This document shows, one piece after another, positions 26,852-40,703 of a stretch of 40,703 nucleotides of DNA (the stretch's first letter is position 1; each line of letters starts with the position of its first letter). A program made the position numbers and the translations under genes. Under the pieces are notes generated by a model. The model was not told the origin of the DNA. It worked only from the letters and a program-made list of their open reading frames with translations, and did not search any database. Source of the stretch: Candidatus Dojkabacteria bacterium (GTDB lineage Bacteria > Patescibacteriota > Dojkabacteria > JAOAGR01); contig AP026679.1 of the NCBI GenBank assembly GCA_025999155.1, positions 357,996 to 398,698 on the forward strand, given 5' to 3'.

Positions 26852-26873
26852 GAATGTATTTATTTTTACTATC

Positions 26874-27338
26874 ATGAGACGAAAAAATTATAGTAGGCGC
26901 GTAATCGAGCCAGACCCTGTGTATAACTCTACCCTGGTAGCGAAATTTATAAATTTAGTAATGAAAGATGGCAAAAAAAATCTTGCCTCAAGAATAGTAT
27001 ATACAACATTAAAAAGGTTAGAAAAGCAATATCAAAAAGAAGGATCAAAAATTTTAGAAGAAGCATTAGATAAAGCTAGACCAAATGTAATCCTCAAAGC
27101 TCGAAGAGTTGGGGGTTCTAACTTCCAAGTTCCCACGCCTGTGGAGAGGGATAGAGGTCTGATCATAGCGATGAGATGGCTTATTAAGATTGCTCGAGAA
27201 CGTAAAGGTAAACCTATCATTGAAGATTTAATAGAAGAAATCAATGACATTTTTGAAGATCGAGGTAATGTACTTAAAAAAAGAGATGAAACTCATAAAA
27301 TGGCCGAATCGAATCGAGCTTTTTCACACTTTAAATAA
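26874..27338 (+). CDS. rpsG: 30S ribosomal protein S7
   Basis: MRRK...PDPVYNS..VAKFIN.VMKDGKK, RRVGGSNFQVP, HKMAESNRAFSHF. Confidence 0.97.
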   Translation: MRRKNYSRRVIEPDPVYNSTLVAKFINLVMKDGKKNLASRIVYTTLKRLEKQYQKEGSKILEEALDKARPNVILKARRVGGSNFQVPTPVERDRGLIIAMRWLIKIARERKGKPIIEDLIEEINDIFEDRGNVLKKRDETHKMAESNRAFSHFK

Positions 27339-27361
27339 TGATTATTTAGTATTGTAGAAAT

Positions 27362-29485
27362 ATGTCAGGAATAGGACAAAAGGTCGATCTAAAATATGTA
27401 AGAAACTTCGGCATTATTGCACACATAGACGCCGGAAAAACTACATTATCAGAAAGGATTCTTTTTTATACAGGTAAGACTCATAAAATTGGTGAGGTTC
27501 ATGAAGGAGCAGCGACAATGGATTGGATGGAACAAGAAAGAGAAAGAGGCATTACTATTACAGCAGCTGCTACTACTTGCTTCTGGCGATATAACAATAC
27601 TCTGTATCGTTATAATCTTATTGACACACCAGGACACATAGACTTCACTGCAGAAGTCGAAAGATCGTTAAGAGTTTTGGATGGTGCCATTTGTGTGCTG
27701 GACTCATCTCAAGGAGTCGAACCACAGTCAGAAACCGTATGGAGACAAGCAGATAAATACAATGTACCAAGGCTGATTTATGCTAATAAGTTAGCTAAAT
27801 TAGGGGCAAGCCTTGAAATGACAATGGAATCTATCAAAGATAGGCTTAATGTGCGTTTCAGCCCGGTGGTTATTCCTATCGGTGAAGAAGATAAGTTTCG
27901 TGGCATTATAGATTTAGTTAAGATGAAGGCTATTATTTATGCTAATGATTTAGGTACTGATGTTAGGATTGAAGAAATTCCGGCAGACATGCTTGAGCGG
28001 GCGCAAGAATACCGAGCTCGCTTAATAGACCAAATTGCTGAATATGATGATGAAGTGATGAATAAATATTTATCGGGAGAAGAGCTTACTGAGGAGGAAA
28101 TTATACGTGCGATGCGTGCAGGTACATTGGCTGTCAAATTTTTCCCATTGTTTTGTGGTGATGCTTTAAGCAATAAAGGGCCACAAACATTGTTAGACTA
28201 CATAGCTTTATTACTACCTTCTCCTTTAGACAAGCCTGCTGTAGTAGGCCACCATCCAGATAATGAAGAAACAAAAATAGAGAGACATCCTACCAACGAT
28301 GAACCTCTTACAGCTTTAGCCTTCAAAATAGCGACAGATCCGCATGTGGGACGAATCACCTTTGTGAGAGTGTATTCAGGAATATTGAAAGGGGGTAGTT
28401 ATGTGCTCAACTCTAATAAATCAGAAAAAGAAAGGGTTTCGCGTATTGTATTATTGCACGCAAATCAAAAAGAAGAAGTAGAACAATTAGAAGCGGGTGA
28501 GATCGGAGCACTAATTGGTATGAGAGTCACAAAAACAGGAGATACTTTGTGTGATCCAGATCATCCTATAAGGCTTGAAGGTATATCCTTTGCTAAACCC
28601 GTGATTTCAAAAGCACTGGAACCAAAGACAAAGGCAGATCAAGATAGGTTATCAGAAGCATTAAATAAATTATGTGATGAAGATCCTACACTCCTTGTCG
28701 AGTCAGACCCCGAAACAGGTCAAACTATTATCTCAGGAATGGGAGAAGTACAGCTAGAAGTCATAGTAGACCGTCTGAAAAGAGAATTCAAAGTTGATGT
28801 AAATACTGGAGCCCCACAAGTAGCCTACAAAGAAACTATTCAATATCCAGTAGAAAAAGAAGCAAAATATATCCGACAGACAGGAGGACGTGGACAATAC
28901 GGGCATGTCAAAGTACGCTTTGAACCTTATCATGAAGGAGATTTTCTTTTTGAGAATAAAATCGTAGGTGGAGTTATACCACGAGAGTATATTCCATCTG
29001 TAGAAAAAGGACTAAAAAAAGCTCTGACTTCTGGAGTGTTAGCTGGCTATCCTGTAATAAACCTCAAAGCAACTCTTTTTGATGGATCTTTTCACGAAGT
29101 AGATTCATCAGACGCAGCATTCCAAATAGCAGCATCGATGAGCCTTAAAGAGGCTATGAAGGACCCTGCTGCTTCAGCGGTCATCTTGGAACCTATAATG
29201 AAAGTTGAGATAACTTTTCCGTCGGAATATCAAGGTGCAGTACAAGGATCTATACTCTCTCGTCGTGGACTTATCATAGGAACAGAAACCAGGGGTAATG
29301 CCACAATATTGAAAGCCGAAGTGCCGTTGGCAGAACTGTTTGGATATACAACAGAACTCAGATCCATTACATCTGGGCGAGGCGGATCACCAACAATGGA
29401 GTTTTATAAATATGCTCCGGTTCCCGCTAATATTATGGAACAGATAATTAAGGGTCGATCCGGTAAAGTTAATAAAGAAGAATAA
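27362..29485 (+). CDS. fusA: Elongation factor G
   Basis: [48 protein letters not shown]; G4/G5 motifs altered. Confidence 0.97.
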   Translation: MSGIGQKVDLKYVRNFGIIAHIDAGKTTLSERILFYTGKTHKIGEVHEGAATMDWMEQERERGITITAAATTCFWRYNNTLYRYNLIDTPGHIDFTAEVERSLRVLDGAICVLDSSQGVEPQSETVWRQADKYNVPRLIYANKLAKLGASLEMTMESIKDRLNVRFSPVVIPIGEEDKFRGIIDLVKMKAIIYANDLGTDVRIEEIPADMLERAQEYRARLIDQIAEYDDEVMNKYLSGEELTEEEIIRAMRAGTLAVKFFPLFCGDALSNKGPQTLLDYIALLLPSPLDKPAVVGHHPDNEETKIERHPTNDEPLTALAFKIATDPHVGRITFVRVYSGILKGGSYVLNSNKSEKERVSRIVLLHANQKEEVEQLEAGEIGALIGMRVTKTGDTLCDPDHPIRLEGISFAKPVISKALEPKTKADQDRLSEALNKLCDEDPTLLVESDPETGQTIISGMGEVQLEVIVDRLKREFKVDVNTGAPQVAYKETIQYPVEKEAKYIRQTGGRGQYGHVKVRFEPYHEGDFLFENKIVGGVIPREYIPSVEKGLKKALTSGVLAGYPVINLKATLFDGSFHEVDSSDAAFQIAASMSLKEAMKDPAASAVILEPIMKVEITFPSEYQGAVQGSILSRRGLIIGTETRGNATILKAEVPLAELFGYTTELRSITSGRGGSPTMEFYKYAPVPANIMEQIIKGRSGKVNKEE

Positions 29486-29583
29486 ACCAGGTCATATAAA
29501 ACATTTTTTCAATAGATCGGTATATATGTATTTGACAGCCTAATATCTAGTATAGCAAGAATTATTAATTGATTGGTTTATAC

Positions 29584-30906
29584 ATGAAAGGCCTTTTGAA
29601 AAAATTAGTTATAGCTTATTTGACTTTGCTGGCCTACATTAAACTAAAGATAAAATTTAAGGGTAGAATTATAGGTGTCGGGGGCTGTTACGGTAAAACA
29701 TCAGCGGTAAGTTTAATACAATCTCTACTCTCTGATAAGTTTAATGTATTTTCTACAAGCATAGAAGGAAAAGGCCTAAATTCTGAATCAGGTATTCCAT
29801 TTGCCATACTTAATATTAAACCAGATTTGTATTCTGTTAAAGATTGGATTTCATACTTGATTCAAGGAACAAAGAACTTGTTTAATACATTTAAGTATGA
29901 CATTGTCATTTTAGAGATGGGGGTTGATAAGCCTGGTGATATGAAACACCTAACGAAGTACTTCCGGCCTGATATCGGTATTCTATTAAACTCCAACAAT
30001 ACTCACTCTGCAAATTTTAAGGAGTTGCACGAAACTACATCACAAAGTTATGAAGATTTGATTGCTCACGAAAATGGTTTCATGTTTGAAAGAGCAAGAG
30101 AAGTTATATTTTACAATCTAGAAGATCCTCAAGTCGTAGCCCAAATTACAAGATTTAAAGGTACAAAAAAAATAGGCTTCTCTACTCAATCGAAGTCACA
30201 TATTCTAGAATTTTCACCATCCATTGAAGGTACAAATATTAAATTAAGATACAAAAACAACAATGTGACAATAAAACACAAATTACCTTTACTAGAAGAA
30301 TATAAAACTACATTTGAGCTTATAATTAACATAGCGGAATATTTCGCTTTAGAAATACAAAGTCTTACGAAAGCCATCGAGAATTTTGAAATACCGCCAG
30401 GAAGATGTTCTTTGTTTGAAGGTATAAATAACACTTATATAATAGACTCGAGCTACAATTCTTCGTTAGTTCCTGCAATATCAGCTTTGTTCTTACTGCA
30501 AAAAATTGCACCAAAACGTAAAATAGCAATTCTTGGAGATATGCGAGAACTAGGGGATCTAGCAGAAAAAGAACATAATAGACTTGCATTAATTGCAGCA
30601 AAAACAGTTGATGTCGTAATCACTGTTGGACCACTAATGAAAAGTTATTTTGCAGATCAATTTAGGCTAGTCAAAAGAGAAAACCAGCAAATTTTCACTT
30701 TTGACACTACAAAAGAGACGTTAGAATTTGTTCTCAATAACTTTTTACAAGAACAAGATACTGTGCTAATAAAAGGTTCGCAAAACACATTATTTTTAGA
30801 AACTATAGTCGAAGCTCTACTAGCTAATAAAAAAGATAAAGCTAAATTATGTCGTCGAGATAAGTTATATGAACAAAAAAGACAAGAATTATTGAAAGGC
30901 AACTAG
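29584..30906 (+). CDS. murF: Mur ligase, MurF-like
   Basis: GCYGKTS, LEMGVDKPGDM, PGR, DSSYNSS, LGDMRELG, IKGSQ. Confidence 0.85.
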   Translation: MKGLLKKLVIAYLTLLAYIKLKIKFKGRIIGVGGCYGKTSAVSLIQSLLSDKFNVFSTSIEGKGLNSESGIPFAILNIKPDLYSVKDWISYLIQGTKNLFNTFKYDIVILEMGVDKPGDMKHLTKYFRPDIGILLNSNNTHSANFKELHETTSQSYEDLIAHENGFMFERAREVIFYNLEDPQVVAQITRFKGTKKIGFSTQSKSHILEFSPSIEGTNIKLRYKNNNVTIKHKLPLLEEYKTTFELIINIAEYFALEIQSLTKAIENFEIPPGRCSLFEGINNTYIIDSSYNSSLVPAISALFLLQKIAPKRKIAILGDMRELGDLAEKEHNRLALIAAKTVDVVITVGPLMKSYFADQFRLVKRENQQIFTFDTTKETLEFVLNNFLQEQDTVLIKGSQNTLFLETIVEALLANKKDKAKLCRRDKLYEQKRQELLKGN

Positions 30907-30931
30907 CACAAATGTGCTATAATGCAATGTT

Positions 30932-31255
30932 ATGAATCCAAACGTACAAGAAATAACATCAAGAATTCTTGAAGTCGTTACATCTTCGCTTTCTCAAGAA
31001 GACAAACTCAATGCATTAAAAAATATTATCACCGTTGATTTTGGCTTATCAAATGACATCTACCAACAAGTTCTGCAATTAGTTAACCAAAATATTCCGA
31101 TTCCTTCTTTAGAAGAAGCGCTTAATAGTATGGTTTCTCAAGCTGTTAATTCAAATGATTTTTTGGAGGGAGCGTCTTTCCTAAGTGATAATATTGACTT
31201 AGTAACTTCTATAGGAGAATTTTTTAGTCAGAATTTTGATCAAACCGATGAATGA
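30932..31255 (+). CDS. Hypothetical acidic protein, coupled to alr
   Basis: 107-aa ORF; ATGA overlap with alr; TGcTATAAT 8 nt before the ATG. Confidence 0.6.
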   Translation: MNPNVQEITSRILEVVTSSLSQEDKLNALKNIITVDFGLSNDIYQQVLQLVNQNIPIPSLEEALNSMVSQAVNSNDFLEGASFLSDNIDLVTSIGEFFSQNFDQTDE

Positions 31256-32397
31256 TTGTTGATCAATCCAGACCTCTTAGTTATATAGAGATTTATAAAG
31301 ATAGACTTTTATCGAATGTCCAATTTTTTAGACGGTTTTTACTCCCTAGTACGCAAATCGTCGGAGTAATTAAAGCAAATGCTTACGGACACGGACTTCA
31401 GATAGTATCAAAAATATTAGAGGACTATGTCGATTATTACCAAGTAGATGACATAGAAGAGCTAAGAGAGTTGAGAAAAGTATCAAATAAACCAGCTTTT
31501 GTTTTCGGCTATATACAACGTAATGATTTAGAAGAAATGGTGTACCTGGATGGTATACTTGGAGTTTATGATAAAGAACAAATAGAATTAATCAATAAAC
31601 ATTCTGCTAAGTTAAATAAAAAAACAAAATTACATGTTTGTATAGATTCTGCTCTAGGAAGGGATGGAATGTTACTTTCGGAAGTTCAACCCTTAATAGA
31701 TCATGCGAAAAGACTTGAAAACATTATTATAGATGGCATATATTCCCATTTTGCAAATATTGAAGATACTTCTGACTTTTCCCATGCACAGAAACAAATA
31801 GATTTATACGAGAAAGCAATACAACTATTTAGAAATAATGGCTATACAGAGATAAAAACACATATTTCTGCTACTGCTGGTAGTCTAGTGTACGAATCAA
31901 AATTCCATCGTCATCCAATTGTTCGAATAGGAATAGGACTCTATGGACTGTGGCCTTCGGAATATATTAGACGTGATTATACATCCTACCAAAATGCTTT
32001 ACAGCCAGTTTTAAGGTGGGTCTCTCATATTGCTCAAATAAAAACTTTACCTAAAAACTCAACAATAGGATACGGACTTACATACGTCACAGACAGACCT
32101 ACTACCATAGCAATTGTACCTCAAGGATATAGCGATGGATACGATAGAAAATTATCGAATAAAGGTGAAGTACTAATTAGAGGTAAGAGGTGTAAGGTAT
32201 TAGGTCGTATATCAATGAATATGATGACCGTGGATGTCACTGGTATAGACGGTATACAAATTGAAGATGAAGTAGTACTAATAGGATCACAGGACGAAGA
32301 AAAAATAACAAGCGAAGAAATTGCTGAAAAAATCGACACAATTAATTATGAAGTTGTAGCCCGACTAAATCCTAACATTCCACGTATAGTTATTTGA
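31252..32397 (+). CDS. alr: Alanine racemase
   Basis: VIKANAYGHG PLP lysine, SHFA, RIGIGLYG, IGYG, GYSDG, GRISM, TINYE. Confidence 0.96.
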   Translation: MIVDQSRPLSYIEIYKDRLLSNVQFFRRFLLPSTQIVGVIKANAYGHGLQIVSKILEDYVDYYQVDDIEELRELRKVSNKPAFVFGYIQRNDLEEMVYLDGILGVYDKEQIELINKHSAKLNKKTKLHVCIDSALGRDGMLLSEVQPLIDHAKRLENIIIDGIYSHFANIEDTSDFSHAQKQIDLYEKAIQLFRNNGYTEIKTHISATAGSLVYESKFHRHPIVRIGIGLYGLWPSEYIRRDYTSYQNALQPVLRWVSHIAQIKTLPKNSTIGYGLTYVTDRPTTIAIVPQGYSDGYDRKLSNKGEVLIRGKRCKVLGRISMNMMTVDVTGIDGIQIEDEVVLIGSQDEEKITSEEIAEKIDTINYEVVARLNPNIPRIVI

Positions 32398-32413
32398 TTT
32401 CTGTGATACATTA

Positions 32414-33163
32414 CTACTTCAATAGATACCCTGCATCAACAACCAAATTATGACCCGTAATCATCCTTGATTCATCACTAGATAAGAATAATATCGCGTT
32501 TGCAATATCTTCGGGTTCGATTAAATCTGGAAATAATAATTTCTTTTTCTCATCCTCTATGATACTTTGAGCATCTTCTGTAAGCCAATAACCTGCTTTG
32601 ACTGGACCAGGAGATACACAATTCACTCTTACATAAGGAGCCATTTCTTTAGCGTAAGCCTTCGTTAAATTAATTACTCCTGCCTTAGAAGCACCGTAAG
32701 CTATAGCATTTGCCTTACCTATTATTCCTTGTCTCGAAGAGACATTTACAATAACACCTTTCTTTTGTTTCAAAAAAAACTTACAGGCAAATTTTGAGCA
32801 ATTCAAAGTCGACAGTAAATTAATATCTATTATCTCACGAAGTATATCACTAGAATCTTCCCATGTTCCCCTGTTGTATTCATATTTTCCCGCATTATTA
32901 ACAAGAATATCCAACTTACCAAAATACTCGATAGCACGGCTAATCAATTTTTCTGATTCTAATTCTTTCGACACGTCTGCCTGTACTACTAGACACTTTC
33001 TTCCCAACGCTTTAATTTGTTCTGACAATTTAATAGCACCATCATAATTAGACAAATAATTTACCACTACATCAGCACCTTCTTTTGCGAAACTTAGTGC
33101 AGTTACAGCTCCAATGCCACTTGACGAGCCAGTCACCAATACCACCTTATCTTTAAATCTCAT
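32414..33163 (-). CDS. Short-chain dehydrogenase/reductase (FabG-like)
   Basis: TGSSSGIG, NNAG, YGASK, ITGHNLVVDAG. Confidence 0.92.
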   Translation of the reverse strand: MRFKDKVVLVTGSSSGIGAVTALSFAKEGADVVVNYLSNYDGAIKLSEQIKALGRKCLVVQADVSKELESEKLISRAIEYFGKLDILVNNAGKYEYNRGTWEDSSDILREIIDINLLSTLNCSKFACKFFLKQKKGVIVNVSSRQGIIGKANAIAYGASKAGVINLTKAYAKEMAPYVRVNCVSPGPVKAGYWLTEDAQSIIEDEKKKLLFPDLIEPEDIANAILFLSSDESRMITGHNLVVDAGYLLK

Positions 33164-33271
33164 ACTAAAGTATAAATCAATATTATGCCCATGTACACAT
33201 CAACAAAGAGAATTAGGGAAAATAATAGAAATGGACCAAGATTGTTAAATTATTGCTTCATGACCGAAAAC

Positions 33272-33299
33272 AAAAAAGGTAGTTCGGTAACGAACTACC
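33272..33299 (-). terminator. Intrinsic terminator after 5S rRNA
   Basis: GGTAGTTCG-N4-CGAACTACC hairpin followed by T6 on the minus strand. Confidence 0.85.
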
Positions 33300-33302
33300 A
33301 AG

Positions 33303-33417
33303 ACTGGCTACGACCTATTCTCCCATACCTCGCGGGTACAGTACCTTCGGCGCTGGAGTGTTTTACGACTCTGTTCGGAATGGGAAGAGGTAGGTCCACT
33401 CCGCTACAGTAACCAAA
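33303..33417 (-). rRNA. rrf: 5S rRNA
   Basis: Minus strand has CCCATTCCGAAC and GGGAGAATAGGTCGTAGCCAG; about 115 nt; ends approximate. Confidence 0.9.
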
Positions 33418-33506
33418 TTTAATCTTCATAAGAAGACTAACTTTGATTACCGCGAACTAATTCTCCAAAAACTGAATAGAAATGCTTGGGATAGAAATAA
33501 ATAGTT

Positions 33507-36559
<3,053 letters not shown>

Positions 36560-36739
36560 GAACAGAAATAAAACTCAGTTTTATTTCTAACCAATACAGC
36601 ACAGCGAACATGAAATATGTCGTGCATTGTATTTATTCCTACCCAAACAATCTATTCAGTTTTCAAAGAACTAAGACAAGAAAATCATTACACAGACAAA
36701 ACAAATAGTACAAAAACGCACCAGAATTAAAACCGACTA

Positions 36740-36768
36740 ATTATAACAGTAGTTTAAAATATTTGCAA
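36740..36768 (-). promoter_or_regulatory. Dedicated sigma70 promoter for 23S-5S
   Basis: TTGCAA-17 nt-TATAAT with extended TG; boxA-like GTTCTTTGAAAA about 70 nt downstream. Confidence 0.7.
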
Positions 36769-36955
36769 TACTCTATCTACATCATTATGTCAAATAAAAG
36801 CAATTCACTCATAGTGTGTATATATCAAGATCTTTACATCATCTCACAATGAAGTTATACACTATCACATTTAACAGCCTCACATAAGATAAAATTATTT
36901 ATTACATAAATACAATCAAAGCGAATACAGTATTAATTAACTACTCACACATTAC

Positions 36956-37772
36956 TCATCTTCGTAAAACATTTCTCAACAATCCTCCAAAATTTTTACG
37001 TATTCCACCAGACCTAAGCCGCTTATCCTCAGGTCTTCGATAATCCCAATTAATACCACCCTCTGCTTGATTGCCTTTATTCAATGGACCTAAATAATCA
37101 CCAGCAGCATCAAGAATCAAGACTTCTTTTGTATTTGGATCGTGAAGATCATCAAAAGTGATCCGACACCAAGCGTGGACGTCTTCATTTATCTGATTTC
37201 TTTCAACACTTACGCGGGCTCCATTCAAATATCCATCATTAATAAAACGTTCCACCATGCAGGCAGCAAACAGAGCCATATGTCTACACGTACCTACACC
37301 ATGCTCAAGAAATTTATCTAAACTAACTACGTGATAATTCGGAATCATATGCTCTTTACAAAATTTAACAAACTTCCGATCTCCAGCCCTATAAAATGCC
37401 TCCCTAGTAGTATAAAATAGTATAAAACACTTCCTCTAAAACCGCCATCCTCCGCGAATTAATATCCCCTTTACTTTGACCTTTATTGCCCAGTTTGTTA
37501 CACATTAAACCATATAGCCTTTGTAATCTTTTACTTCCTTCATAATCAACAAGAACAGAACCCCCTACAATTGCTGGATAGACCCTACCATCAATAGGAG
37601 TATCTGGACCGATTATTTCCCAAGATTTGCCACCATCTACAAAATGACCATCCTCACTTATAAAACCTTCTCCTCTTAATACTTTTATTGTTTTTTCATA
37701 TCTATCATTATAAACAAATCTATCATTATCAACAAATCTTACAGGCAATCTTCCTAGAACTTTTTCAATCAT
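36956..37772 (-). pseudogene. Transglutaminase/papain-like Cys-His-Asp protein, frameshifted by a 10-bp tandem duplication
   Basis: TAGTATAAAA twice at 37408-37427; removing one copy joins ORFs 37404-37772 and 36956-37348 into 268 aa; GTCRH, HAW, ILDA motifs. Confidence 0.8.
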
Positions 37773-37859
37773 ACCTATTAAGTAAATAGAAATAATTAAA
37801 TTTGTTAAACTCTATTGACAGTTATATACAATTGAAAATACATGTCAACTGTACTAGTG

Positions 37860-37935
37860 TGGTGGACCCTAGGGGATTCGAACCCCTGACCTCCTCGGTG
37901 CAAACGAGGCGCTCTACCAACTAAGCTAAAGGCCC
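37860..37935 (-). tRNA. tRNA-Ala(TGC)
   Basis: Anticodon arm CCTCG-TTTGCAC-CGAGG, G3:U70 pair, encoded CCA. Confidence 0.96.
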
Positions 37936-37972
37936 AATCGCCGGAACCATCACACATTACTCCACCAAAACA

Positions 37973-38049
37973 TGGTGAGCGCACCTAGAATCGAACTAGG
38001 GACCTCAGTCTTATCAGGACTGCGCTCTAACCAACTGAGCTATGCGCTC
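37973..38049 (-). tRNA. tRNA-Ile(GAT)
   Basis: Anticodon arm CAGTC-CTGATAA-GACTG, acceptor GAGCGCA/TGCGCTC, encoded CCA. Confidence 0.96.
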
Positions 38050-38265
38050 TTAAGAATTAAGATCTATCTATTCAAATACAATACTAAGTCCTACTCAATT
38101 TGCTAATTTTAAAACTATAAATACAAATAAGCAAGAGTAAAAAGAGAAAAAATAATAATAATCTATTTGATTAGTTCTCCCCAAATAAAAAAACTAAACA
38201 ATCTCAAAAAATAAATAGGGATAAAACACAATAGAACAAAAGGCATATCAGAAAAGAGAGATATG

Positions 38266-40033
<1,768 letters not shown>

Positions 40034-40064
40034 GAACAAAAACCTATTACTACAACAAGAGACA

Positions 40065-40173
40065 AATCTACGATAAAAATCAAAACAAGTCAATAAAATC
40101 CTACAACCTAAGGGATTTGTTAAAGAACGTCACAAACGTGAGACATAATATAACAACAGAAATTAATTGTCAA
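40065..40173 (-). promoter_or_regulatory. Tandem rRNA promoters (P1/P2-like)
   Basis: TTGACA-17-TATTAT (40173-40145) and TTGACT-17-TAGATT (40093-40065). Confidence 0.6.
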
Positions 40174-40220
40174 CTTCCCCTACGATCTAGCAGGGATTAA
40201 AAATCTATACAAAATCAGAA

Positions 40221-40703
40221 TTAGTTGGATTCAACATTATCGCGCATTCGATTGAATCGGAAAAATAACTCAGCTGTATATAAAAGAATGATAAAACCTA
40301 CAATAACCAAAATACTAAAAAGCTGTTCATAATAATTCGGCATATACGACAATATTGTATTAACCCAACTAATATCGCTAAAATATTTACTATATTTATT
40401 ATATACAGACAACTGATTTATCACATAAGACAAATGTATAATAATCGTACCCAAAATCCACATATTTCTAATCTTTAAGTTATTAATCAAAAAAACAGGC
40501 AAAATAGAAAAAATTATACCGAAAACAAGATATCTAGTATGCATTTTTGTCATAAACAGAAAAAATACCGAACTTGATATAGTTAACCAAATGAACATTT
40601 CAGTCAGATCAGGCCTTCGTGCAAAGATTTTCTTCAGCCACAAATCTACATTAAAAATTGAATTTTTCACAGATTTTATATCAAGGTGAACAAAACTTAG
40701 ATA
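40221..40703 (-). CDS. C-terminal part of a multi-TM protein, possibly a GT-C-type glycosyltransferase (partial)
   Basis: Frame open to the window edge; FFLFMTKMHTRY resembles the MHERY motif; several TM helices. Confidence 0.55.
   Translation of the reverse strand, partial: YLSFVHLDIKSVKNSIFNVDLWLKKIFARRPDLTEMFIWLTISSSVFFLFMTKMHTRYLVFGIIFSILPVFLINNLKIRNMWILGTIIIHLSYVINQLSVYNKYSKYFSDISWVNTILSYMPNYYEQLFSILVIVGFIILLYTAELFFRFNRMRDNVESN

Noticed and set aside
36768-36795. XerD-arm-like TTATGTCAAAT near the 23S promoter
   Set aside because: No matching XerC arm 6 nt to the left

Overview
AT-rich, low-GC bacterial chromosome segment. Its gene style, divergent rRNAs and odd EF-G suggest a CPR/Patescibacteria genome (inference, no database search run). 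Left to right: 3' part of a class II ribonucleotide reductase; a Xer-like recombinase with altered catalytic residues; pilin-like and YibE/F-like membrane genes; a Type III restriction-modification pair; an OmpR-family two-component system with a secreted target gene; SDR; ddl; a block of orphan, partly broken membrane/lipoprotein genes next to tRNA-Gln; rpsP-khpA-trhO-short zwf; an M50 protease; an ApbE/FMN-binding/RnfD-like flavinylation cluster; a DUF11 surface protein; rpsG-fusA without rpsL/tuf; murF-like; alr; SDR; and a minus-strand rRNA locus (16S-tRNA-Ile-tRNA-Ala-[protein gene]-23S-5S). The main signals read from the DNA are: (1) a transglutaminase-like gene inside the rRNA spacer, frameshifted by one exact 10-bp tandem duplication, with a separate promoter for 23S; (2) three orphan genes sharing one promoter geometry and an M(S/G)LE start; (3) a pseudoknot-capable leader in front of rpsG; (4) the same TTTCAT-N5-TTTCAT-N8-GATAAT box before the two-component operon and its target; (5) EF-G with NKLA/GDA instead of NKxD/SA; (6) many apparently leaderless genes. 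No CRISPR array, IS or prophage was seen. All product calls come from motif recognition only.
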